Assembly (NCBI GenBank): GCA_051362555.1
Contig: CM120641.1
Span: forward strand, 11,098,001-11,162,000
DNA length: 64,000 nucleotides
Reading direction: 5' to 3'
Source: Lingula anatina
Lineage: Eukaryota; Animalia; Brachiopoda
Shown: positions 42,401 to 54,400 of the stretch, in pieces
Layout of the letters: each line of letters opens with the position of its first letter
Numbering within the stretch: position 1 is the first letter of the stretch
Notes under the pieces: generated by a model
Told to the model about the DNA's origin: nothing
Seen by the model: the letters and a program-made list of their open reading frames with translations, nothing else
Databases searched by the model: none
Translations under genes and position numbers: made by a program

Positions 42401-45400
42401 ATCACCTGCGACAGTTGAAGTCTCTTGTGCAGTCACACCAGAGGCTTGTGTTGTAACATCTGCAGCTGCTGTGGTGCTTGCATCAGTAACAGGAGCTGTC
42501 TGTGCCTGTGTGGTTACATCGGCAGCAGCAGTAGTCTGGGCTTGAGTTGTTGCTGCCTGTGAAGTTACATCACCTGCGACAGTTGTAGTCTCTTGTGCAG
42601 TCACACCAGAGGCTTGTGTTGTAACATCTGCAGCTGCTGTGGTGCTTGCATCAGTAACAGCAGCTGTCTGTGCCTGTGTGGTTACATCGGCAGCAGCAGT
42701 AGTCTGGGCTTGAGTTGTTGCTGCCTGTGAAGTAACATCACCTGCGACAGTTGTAGTCTCTTGTGCAGTCACACCAGAGGCTTGTGTTGTAACATCTGCA
42801 GCTGCTGTGGTGCTTGCATCAGTAACAACGGCTGTCTGTGCCTGTGTGGTAACATCGGCAGCAGCAGTAGGCTGGGCTTGAGTTGTTGCTGCCTGTGAAG
42901 TTACATCACCTGCGACAGTTGTAGTCTCTTGTGCAGTCACACCAGAGGCTTGTGTTGTAACATCTGCAGCTGCTGTGGTGCTTGCATCAGTAACAGCAGC
43001 TGTCTGTGCCTGTGTGGTTACATCGGCAGCAGCAGTAGTCTGGGCTTGAGTTGTTGCTGCCTGTGAAGTTACATCACCTGCGACAGTTGTAGTCTCTTGT
43101 GCAGTCACACCAGAGGCTTGTGTTGTAACATCGGCAGCAGCAGTAGTCTGGGCTTGAGTTGTTGCTGCCTGTGAAGTTACATCACCTGCGACAGTTGTAG
43201 TCTCTTGTGCAGTCACACCAGAGGCTGGTGTTGTAACATCTGCAGCTGCTGTGGTGCTTGCATCAGTAACAGCAGCTGTCTGTGCCTGTGTGGTTACATC
43301 GGCAGCAGCAGTAGTCTGGGCTTGAGTTGTTGCTGCCTGTAAAGTTACATCACCTGCGACAGTTGAAGTCTCTTGTGCAGTCACACCAGAGGCTTGTGTT
43401 GTAACATCTGCAGCTGCTGTGGTGCTTGCATCAGTAACAGCAGCTGTCTGTGCCTGTGTGGTTACATCGGCAGCAGCAGTAGTCTGGGCTTGAGTTGTTG
43501 CTGCCTGTGAAGTTACATCACCTGCGACAGTTGTAGTCTCTTGTGCAGTCACACCAGAGGCTGGTGTTGTAACATCTGCAGCTGCTGTGGTGCTTGCATC
43601 AGTAACAGCAGCTGTCTGTGCCTGTGTGGTTACATCGGCAGCAGCAGTAGTCTGGGCGTCATTTGTTGCTGCCTGTGAAGTTACATCACCTGCGACAGTT
43701 GAAGTCTCTTGTGCAGTCACACCAGAGGCTTGTGTTGTAACATCTACAGCTGCTGTGGTGCTTGCATCAGTAACTGCAGCTGTCTGTGCCTGTGTGGTTA
43801 CATCGGCAGCAGCAGTAGTCTGGGCTTGAGTTGTTGCTGCCTGTGAAGTTACATCACCTGCGACAGTTGAAGTCTCTTGTGCAGTCACACCAGAGGCTTG
43901 TGTTGTAACATCTGCAGCTGCTGTGGTGCTTGCATCAGTAACAGCAGCTGTCTGTGCCTGTGTGGTTACATCAGCAGCAGCAGTAGTCTGGGCTTCAGTT
44001 GTTGCTGCCTGTGAAGTTACATCACCTGCGACAGTTGTAGTCTCTTGTGCAGTCACACCAGAGGCTTGTGTTGTAACATCTGCAGCTGCTGTGGTGCTTG
44101 CATCAGTAACAGCAGCTGTCTGTGCCTGTGTGGTTACATCGGCAGCAGCAGTAGTCTGGGCTTGAGTTGTTGCTGCCTGTAAAGTTACATCACCTGCGAC
44201 AGTTGAAGTCTCTTGTGCAGTCACACCAGAGGCTTGTGTTGTAACTTCTGCAGCTGCTGTGGTGCTTGCATCAGTAACAGCAGCTGTCTGTGCCTGTGTG
44301 GTTACATCGGCAGCAGCAGTAGTCTGGGCTTCAGTTGTTGCTGCCTGTGAAGTTACATCACCTGCGACAGTTGTAGTCTCTTGTGCAGTCACACCAGAGG
44401 CTTGTGTTGTAACATCTGCAACTGCTGTGGTGCTTGCATCAGTAACAGCAGCTGTCTGTGCCTGTGTGGTTACATCAGCAGCAGCAGTAGTCTGGGCTTG
44501 AGTTGTTGCTGCCTGTGAAGTTACATCACCTGCGACAGTTGTAGTCTCTTGTGCAGTCACACCAGAGGCTTGTGTTGTAACATCTGCAGCTGCTGTGGTG
44601 CTTGCATCAGTAACAACGGCTGTCTGTGCCTGTGTGGTAACATCGGCAGCAGCAGTAGGCTGGGCTTGAGTTGTTGCTGCCTGTGAAGTTACATCACCTG
44701 CGACAGTTGTAGTCTCTTGTGCAGTCACACCAGAGGCTTGTGTTGTAACATCTGCAGCTGCTGTGGTGCTTGCATCAGTAACAGCAGCTGTCTGTGCCTG
44801 TGTGGTTACATCGGCAGCAGCAGTAGTCTGGGCTTGAGTTGTTGCTGCCTGTGAAGTTACATCACCTGCGACAGTTGTAGTCTCTTGTGCAGTCACACCA
44901 GAGGCTTGTGTTGTAACATCGGCAGCAGCAGTAGTCTGGGCTTGAGTTGTTGCTGCCTGTGAAGTTACATCACCTGCGACAGTTGTAGTCTCTTGTGCAG
45001 TCACACCAGAGGCTGGTGTTGTAACATCTGCAGCTGCTGTGGTGCTTGCATCAGTAACAGCAGCTGTCTGTGCCTGTGTGGTTACATCGGCAGCAGCAGT
45101 AGTCTGGGCTTGAGTTGTTGCTGCCTGTAAAGTTACATCACCTGCGACAGTTGAAGTCTCTTGTGCAGTCACACCAGAGGCTTGTGTTGTAACATCTGCA
45201 GCTGCTGTGGTGCTTGCATCAGTAACAGCAGCTGTCTGTGCCTGTGTGGTTACATCGGCAGCAGCAGTAGTCTGGGCTTGAGTTGTTGCTGCCTGTGAAG
45301 TTACATCACCTGCGACAGTTGTAGTCTCTTGTGCAGTCACACCAGAGGCTGGTGTTGTAACATCTGCAGCTGCTGTGGTGCTTGCATCAGTAACAGCAGC

Positions 45401-48400
45401 TGTCTGTGCCTGTGTGGTTACATCGGCAGCAGCAGTAGTCTGGGCGTCATTTGTTGCTGCCTGTGAAGTTACATCACCTGCGACAGTTGAAGTCTCTTGT
45501 GCAGTCACACCAGAGGCTTGTGTTGTAACATCTACAGCTGCTGTGGTGCTTGCATCAGTAACTGCAGCTGTCTGTGCCTGTGTGGTTACATCGGCAGCAG
45601 CAGTAGTCTGGGCTTGAGTTGTTGCTGCCTGTGAAGTTACATCACCTGCGACAGTTGAAGTCTCTTGTGCAGTCACACCAGAGGCTTGTGTTGTAACATC
45701 TGCAGCTGCTGTGGTGCTTGCATCAGTAACAGCAGCTGTCTGTGCCTGTGTGGTTACATCAGCAGCAGCAGTAGTCTGGGCTTCAGTTGTTGCTGCCTGT
45801 GAAGTTACATCACCTGCGACAGTTGTAGTCTCTTGTGCAGTCACACCAGAGGCTTGTGTTGTAACATCTGCAGCTGCTGTGGTGCTTGCATCAGTAACAG
45901 CAGCTGTCTGTGCCTGTGTGGTTACATCGGCAGCAGCAGTAGTCTGGGCTTGAGTTGTTGCTGCCTGTAAAGTTACATCACCTGCGACAGTTGAAGTCTC
46001 TTGTGCAGTCACACCAGAGGCTTGTGTTGTAACTTCTGCAGCTGCTGTGGTGCTTGCATCAGTAACAGCAGCTGTCTGTGCCTGTGTGGTTACATCGGCA
46101 GCAGCAGTAGTCTGGGCTTCAGTTGTTGCTGCCTGTGAAGTTACATCACCTGCGACAGTTGTAGTCTCTTGTGCAGTCACACCAGAGGCTTGTGTTGTAA
46201 CATCTGCAACTGCTGTGGTGCTTGCATCAGTAACAGCAGCTGTCTGTGCCTGTGTGGTTACATCAGCAGCAGCAGTAGTCTGGGCTTGAGTTGTTGCTGC
46301 CTGTGAAGTTACATCACCTGCGACAGTTGTAGTCTCTTGTGCAGTCACACCAGAGGCTTGTGTTGTAACATCTGCAGCTGCTGTGGTGCTTGCATCAGTA
46401 ACAGCAGCTGTCTGTGCCTGTGTGGTTACATCGGCAGCAACAGTAGTCTGGGCTTGAGTTGTTGCTGCCTGTGAAGTTACATCACCTGCGACAGTTGTAG
46501 TCTCTTGTGCAGTCACACCAGAGGCTTGTGTTGTAACATCTGCAGCTGCTGTGGTGCTTGCATCAGTAACAGCAGCTGTCTGTGCCTGTGTGGTTACATC
46601 GGCAGCAGCAGTAGTCTGGGCTTGAGTTGTTGCTGCCTGTGAAGTAACATCACCTGCGACAGTTGTAGTCTCTTGTGCAGTCACACCAGAGGCTTGTGTT
46701 GTAACATCTGCAGCTGCTGTGGTGCTTGCATCAGTAACAGCAGCTGTCTGTGCCTGTGTTGTTACATTAGCAGCAGCAGTAGTCTGGGCTTCAGTTGTTG
46801 CTGCCTGTGAAGTTACATCACCTGCGACAGTTGTAGTCTCTTGTGCAGTCACACCAGAGGCTTGTGTTGTAACATCTGCAGCTGCTGTGGTGCTTGCATC
46901 AGTAACAACGGCTGTCTGTGCCTGTGTGGTAACATCGGCAGCAGCAGTAGTCTGGGCTTGAGTTGTTGCTGCCTGTGAAGTTACATCACCTGCGACAGTT
47001 GTAGTCTCTTGTGCAGTCACACCAGAGGCTTGTGTTGTAACATCTGCAGCTGCTGTGGTGCTTGCATCAGTAACAGCAGCTGTCTGTGCCTGTGTGGTTA
47101 CATCGGCAGCAGCAGTAGTCTGGGCTTGAGTTGTTGCTGCCTGTGAAGTAACATCACCTGCGACAGTTGTAGTCTCTTGTGCAGTCACACCAGAGGCTTG
47201 TGTTGTAACATCGGCAGCAGCAGTAGTCTGGGCTTGAGTTGTTGCTGCCTGTGAAGTTACATCACCTGCGACAGTTGTAGTCTCTTGTGCAGTCACACCA
47301 GAGGCTGGTGTTGTAACATCTGCAGCTGCTGTGGTGCTTGCATCAGTAACAGCAGCTGTCTGTGCCTGTGTGGTTACATCGGCAGCAGCAGTAGTCTGGG
47401 CGTCATTTGTTGCTGCCTGTGAAGTTACATCACCTGCGACAGTTGAAGTCTCTTGTGCAGTCACACCAGAGGCTTGTGTTGTAACATCTACAGCTGCTGT
47501 GGTGCTTGCATCAGTAACTGCAGCTGTCTGTGCCTGTGTGGTTACATCGGCAGCAGCAGTAGTCTGGGCTTGAGTTGTTGCTGCCTGTGAAGTTACATCA
47601 CCTGCGACAGTTGAAGTCTCTTGTGCAGTCACACCAGAGGCTTGTGTTGTAACATCTGCAGCTGCTGTGGTGCTTGCATCAGTAACAGCAGCTGTCTGTG
47701 CCTGTGTGGTTACATCAGCAGCAGCAGTAGTCTGGGCTTCAGTTGTTGCTGCCTGTGAAGTTACATCACCTGCGACAGTTGTAGTCTCTTGTGCAGTCAC
47801 ACCAGAGGCTTGTGTTGTAACATCTGCAGCTGCTGTGGTGCTTGCATCAGTAACAGCAGCTGTCTGTGCCTGTGTGGTTACATCGGCAGCAGCAGTAGTC
47901 TGGGCTTGAGTTGTTGCTGCCTGTAAAGTTACATCACCTGCGACAGTTGAAGTCTTTTGTGCAGTCACACCAGAGGCTTGTGTTGTAACATCTGCAGCTG
48001 CTGTGGTGCTTGCATCAGTAACAGCAGCTGTCTGTGCCTGTGTGGTTACATCGGCAGCAGCAGTAGTCTGGGCTTCAGTTGTTGCTGCCTGTGAAGTTAC
48101 ATCACCTGCGACAGTTGTAGTCTCTTGTGCAGTCACACCAGAGGCTTGTGTTGTAACATCTGCAACTGCTGTGGTGCTTGCATCAGTAACAGCAGCTGTC
48201 TGTGCCTGTGTGGTTACATCAGCAGCAGCAGTAGTCTGGGCTTGAGTTGTTGCTGCCTGTGAAGTTACATCACCTGCGACAGTTGTAGTCTCTTGTGCAG
48301 TAACACCAGAGGCTTGTGTTGTAACATCTGCAGCTGCTGTGGTGCTTGCATCAGTAACAGCAGCTGTCTGTGCCTGTGTGGTTACATCGGCAGCAACAGT

Positions 48401-51400
48401 AGTCTGGGCTTGAGTTGTTGCTGCCTGTGAAGTTACATCACCTGCGACAGTTGTAGTCTCTTGTGCAGTCACACCAGAGGCTTGTGTTGTAACATCTGCA
48501 GCTGCTGTGGTGCTTGCATCAGTAACAGCAGCTGTCTGTGCCTGTGTGGTTACATCGGCAGCAGCAGTAGTCTGGGCTTGAGTTGTTGCTGCCTGTGAAG
48601 TAACATCACCTGCGACAGTTGTAGTCTCTTGTGCAGTCACACTAGAGGCTTGTGTTGTAACATCTGCAGCTGCTGTGGTGCTTGCATCAGTAACAGCAGC
48701 TGTCTGTGCCTGTGTTGTTACATTAGCAGCAGCAGTAGTCTGGGCTTCAGTTGTTGCTGCCTGTGAAGTTACATCACCTGCGACAGTTGTAGTCTCTTGT
48801 GCAGTCACACCAGAGGCTTGTGTTGTAACATCTGCAGCTGCTGTGGTGCTTGCATCAGTAACAGCAGCTGTCTGTGCCTGTGTGGTTACATCGGCAGCAG
48901 CAGTAGTCTGGGCTTGAGTTGTTGCTGCCTGTGAAGTTACATCACCTGCGACGGTTGAAGTCTCTTGTGCAGTCACACCAGAGACTTGTGTTGTAACATC
49001 TGCAGCTGCTGTGGTGCTTGCATCAGTAACAGCAGCTGTCTGTGCCTGTGTGGTTACATCAGCAGCAGCAGTAGTCTGGGCTTGAGTTGTTGCTGGCTGT
49101 GAAGTTACATCACCTGCGACAGTTGTAGTCTCTTGTGCAGTCACACCAGAGGCTTGTGTTGTAACATCTGCAGCTGCTGTGGTGCTTGCATCAGTAACAG
49201 CAGCTGTCTGTGCCTGTGTGGTTACATCGGCAGCAACAGTAGTCTGGGCTTGAGTTGTTGCTGCCTGTGAAGTTACATCACCTGCGACAGTTGTAGTCTC
49301 TTGTGCAGTCACACCAGAGGCTTGTGTTGTAACATCTGCAGCTGCTGTGGTGCTTGCATCAGTAACAGCAGCTGTCTGTGCCTGTGTGGTTACAACGGCA
49401 GCAGCAGTAGTCTGGGCTTCAGTTGTTGCTGCCTGTGAAGTTACATCACCTGCGACAGTTGTAGTCTCTTGTGCAGTCACACCAGAGGCTTGTGTTGTAA
49501 CATCTGCAGCTGCTGTGGTGCTTGCATCAGTAACAGCAGCTGGCTGTGCCTGTGTGGTTACATCGGCAGCAGCAGTAGTCTGGGCTTGAGTTGTTGCTAC
49601 CTGTGAAGTTACATCACCTGCGACAGTTGTAGTCTCTTGTGCAGTCACACCAGAGGCTTGTGTTGTAACATCTGCAGCTGCTGTGGTGCTTGCATCAGTA
49701 ACAGCAGCTGTCTGTGCCTGTGTTGTTACATCAGCAGCAGCAGTAGTCTGGGCTTCAGTTGTTGCTGCCTGTGAAGTTACATCACCTGCGACAGTTGTAG
49801 TCTCTTGTGCAGTCACACCAGAGGCTGGTGTTGTAACATCTGCAGCTGCTGTGGTGCTTGCATCAGTAACAGCAGCTGTCTGTGCCTGTGTGGTAACATC
49901 GGCAGCAGCAGTAGTCTGGGCTTGAGTTGTTGCTGCCTGTGAAGTTACATCACCTGCGACAGTTGAAGTCTCTTGTGCAGTCACACCAGAGACTTGTGTT
50001 GTAACATCTGCAGCTGCTGTGGTGCTTGCATCAGTAACAGCAGCTGTCTGTGCCTGTGTGGTTACATCGGCAGCAGCAGTAGTCTGGGCTTGAGTTGTTG
50101 CTGCCTGTGAAGTTACATCACCTGCGACAGTTGAAGTCTCTTGTGCAGTCACACCAGAGACTTGTGTTGTAACATCTGCAGCTGCTGTGGTGCTTGCATC
50201 AGTAACAGCAGCTGTCTGTGCCTGTGTGGTTACATCGGCAGCAACAGTAGTCTGGGCTTGAGTTGTTGCTGCCTGTGAAATTACATCACCTGCGACAGTT
50301 GTAGTCTCTTGTGCAGTCACACCAGAGGCTTGTGTTGTAACATCTGCAGCTGCTGTGGTGCTTGCATCAGTAACAGCAGCTGTCTGTGCCTGTGTGGTTA
50401 CATCGGCAGCAACAGTAGTCTGGGCTTGAGTTGTTGCTGCCTGTGAAGTTACATCACCTGCGACAGTTGTAGTCTCTTGTGCAGTTACACCAGAGGCTTG
50501 TGTTGTAACATCTGCAGCTGCTTTGGTGCTTGCATCAGTAACAGTAGCTGTCTGTGCCTGTGTGGTTACAACGGCAGCAGCAGTAGTCTGGGCTTGAGTT
50601 GTTGCTGCCTGTGAAGTTACATCACCTGCGACAGTTGTAGTCTCTTGTGCAGTCACACCAGAGGCTTGTGTTGTAACATCTGCAGCTGCTGTGGTGCTTG
50701 CATCAGTAACAGCAGCTGGCTGTGCCTGTGTGGTTACATCGGCAGCAGCAGTAGTCTGGGCTTGAGTTGTTGCTACCTGTGAAGTTACATCACCTGCGAC
50801 AGTTGTAGTCTCTTGTGCAGTCACACCAGAGGCTTGTGTTGTAACATCTGCAGCTGCTGTGGTGCTTGCATCAGTAACAGCAGCTGTCTGTGCCTGTGTG
50901 GTTACATCGGCAGCAGCAGTAGTCTGGGCTTGAGTTGTTGCTGCCTGTGAATTTACATCACCTGCGACAGTTGTAGTCTCTTGTGCAGTCACACCAGAGG
51001 CTTGTGTTGTAACATCTGCAGCTGCTGTGGTGCTTGCATCAGTAACAGCAGCTGTCTGTGCCTGTGTGGTTACATCGGCAGCAGCAGTAGTCTGGGCTTG
51101 AGTTGTTGCTGCCTGTGAAGTTACATCACCTGCGACAGTTGTAGTCTCTTGTGCAGTCACACCAGAGGCTGGTGTTGTAACATCTGCAGCTGCTGTGGTG
51201 CTTGCATCAGTAACAGCAGCTGTCTGTGCCTGTGTGGTTACATCGGCAGCAGCAGTAGTCTGGGCGTCATTTGTTGCTGCCTGTGAAGTTACATCACCTG
51301 CGACAGTTGAAGTCTCTTGTGCAGTCACACCAGAGGCTTGTGTTGTAACATCTACAGCTGCTGTGGTGCTTGCATCAGTAACTGCAGCTGTCTGTGCCTG

Positions 51401-54400
51401 TGTGGTTACATCGGCAGCAGCAGTAGTCTGGGCTTGAGTTGTTGCTGCCTGTGAAGTTACATCACCTGCGACAGTTGAAGTCTCTTGTGCAGTCACACCA
51501 GAGGCTTGTGTTGTAACATCTGCAGCTGCTGTGGTGCTTGCATCAGTAACAGGAGCTGTCTGTGCCTGTGTGGTTACATCGGCAGCAGCAGTAGTCTGGG
51601 CTTGAGTTGTTGCTGCCTGTGAAGTTACATCACCTGCGACAGTTGTAGTTTCTTGTGCAGTTACACCAGAGGCTTGTGTTGTAACATCTGCAGCTGCTGT
51701 GGTGCTTGCATCAGTAACAGCAGCTGTCTGTGCCTGTGTGGTTACATCGGTAGCAGCAGTAGTCTGGGCTTGAGATGTTGGTGCCTGTGAAGTTACATCA
51801 CCTGCGACAGTTGTAGTCTCTTGTGCAGTCACACCAGAGGCTTGTGTTGTAACATCTGCAGCTGCTGTGGTGCTTGCATCAGTAACAACGGCTGTCTGTG
51901 CCTGTGTGGTTACATCGGCTGCAGCAGTAGTCTGGGCTTGAGTTGTTGCTGCCTGTGAAGTTACATCACCTGCGACAGTTGTAGTCTCTTGTGCAGTCAC
52001 ACCAGAGGCTTGTGTTGTAACATCTGCAGCTGCTGTGGTGCTTGCATCAGTAACAGCAGCTGTCTGTGCCTGTGTGGTTACATCGGCAGCAGCAGTAGTC
52101 TGGGCTTGAGTTGTTGCTGCCTGTGAAGTTACATCACCTGCGACAGTTGTAGTCTCTTGTGCAGTCACACCAGAGGCTTGTGTTGTAACATCTGCAGCTG
52201 CTGTGGTGCTTGCATCAGTAACAGCAGCTGTCTGTGCCTGTGTGGTTACATCGGCAGCAGCAGTAGTCTGGGCTTGAGTTGTTGCTGCCTGTGAAGTTAC
52301 ATCACCTGCGACAGTTGAAGTCTCTTGTGCAGTCACACCAGAGACTTGTGTTGTAACATCTGCAGCTGCTGTGGTGCTTGCATCAGTAACAGCAGCTGTC
52401 TGTGCCTGTGTGGTTACATCGGCAGCAGCAGTAGTCTGGGCTTGAGTTGTTGCTGCCTGTGAAGTTACATCACCTGCGACAGTTGAAGTCTCTTGTGCAG
52501 TCACACCAGAGACTTGTGTTGTAACATCTGCAGCTGCTGTGGTGCTTGCATCAGTAACAGCAGCTGTCTGTGCCTGTGTGGTTACATCGGCAGCAACAGT
52601 AGTCTGGGCTTGAGTTGTTGCTGCCTGTGAAATTACATCACCTGCGACAGTTGTAGTCTCTTGTGCAGTCACACCAGAGGCTTGTGTTGTAACATCTGCA
52701 GCTGCTGTGGTGCTTGCATCAGTAACAGCAGCTGTCTGTGCCTGTGTGGTTACATCGGCAGCAACAGTAGTCTGGGCTTGAGTTGTTGCTGCCTGTGAAG
52801 TTACATCACCTGCGACAGTTGTAGTCTCTTGTGCAGTTACACCAGAGGCTTGTGTTGTAACATCTGCAGCTGCTTTGGTGCTTGCATCAGTAACAGTAGC
52901 TGTCTGTGCCTGTGTGGTTACAACGGCAGCAGCAGTAGTCTGGGCTTGAGTTGTTGCTGCCTGTGAAGTTACATCACCTGCGACAGTTGTAGTCTCTTGT
53001 GCAGTCACACCAGAGGCTTGTGTTGTAACATCTGCAGCTGCTGTGGTGCTTGCATCAGTAACAGCAGCTGGCTGTGCCTGTGTGGTTACATCGGCAGCAG
53101 CAGTAGTCTGGGCTTGAGTTGTTGCTACCTGTGAAGTTACATCACCTGCGACAGTTGTAGTCTCTTGTGCAGTCACACCAGAGGCTTGTGTTGTAACATC
53201 TGCAGCTGCTGTGGTGCTTGCATCAGTAACAGCAGCTGTCTGTGCCTGTGTGGTTACATCGGCAGCAGCAGTAGTCTGGGCTTGAGTTGTTGCTGCCTGT
53301 GAAGTTACATCACCTGCGACAGTTGTAGTCTCTTGTGCAGTCACACCAGAGGCTTGTGTTGTAACATCTGCAGCTGCTGTGGTGCTTGCATCAGTAACAG
53401 CAGCTGTCTGTGCCTGTGTGGTTACATCGGCAGCAGCAGTAGTCTGGGCTTGAGTTGTTGCTGCCTGTGAAGTTACATCACCTGCGACAGTTGTAGTCTC
53501 TTGTGCAGTCACACCAGAGGCTTGTGTTGTAACATCGGCAGCAGCAGTAGTCTGGGCTTGAGTTGTTGCTGCCTGTGAAGTTACATCACCTGCGACAGTT
53601 GTAGTCTCTTGTGCAGTCACACCAGAGGCTGGTGTTGTAACATCTGCAGCTGCTGTGGTGCTTGCATCAGTAACAGCAGCTGTCTGTGCCTGTGTGGTTA
53701 CATCGGCAGCAGCAGTAGTCTGGGCTTCATTTGTTGCTGCCTGTGAAGTTACATCACCTGCGACAGTTGAAGTCTCTTGTGCAGTCACACCAGAGGCTTG
53801 TGTTGTAACATCTACAGCTGCTGTGGTGCTTGCATCAGTAACTGCAGCTGTCTGTGCCTGTGTGGTTACATCGGCAGCAGCAGTAGTCTGGGCTTGAGTT
53901 GTTGCTGCCTGTGAAGTTACATCACCTGCGACAGTTGAAGTCTCTTGTGCAGTCACACCAGAGGCTTGTGTTGTAACATCTGCAGCTGCTGTGGTGCTTG
54001 CATCAGTAACAGCAGCTGTCTGTGCCTGTGTGGTTATATCGGCAGCAGCAGTAGTCTGGGCTTGAGTTGTTGCTGCCTGAGAAATTGCATCACCTGCGAC
54101 AGTTGAAGTCTCTTGTGCAGTCACATCAGAGGCTTGTGTTGTAACATCTGCAGCTGCTGTGGTGCTTGCATCAGTAACAGGAGCTGTCTGTGCCTGTGTG
54201 GTTACATCGGCAGCAGCAGTAGTCTGGGCTTGAGTTGTTGCTGCCTGTGAAGTTACATCACCTGCGACAGTTGTAGTCTCTTGTGCAGTCACACCAGAGG
54301 CTTGTGTTGTAACATCTGCAGCTGCTGTGGTGCTTGCATCAGTAACAGCAGCTGTCTGTGCCTGTGTGGTTACATCGGCAGCAGCAGTAGTCTGGGCTTG

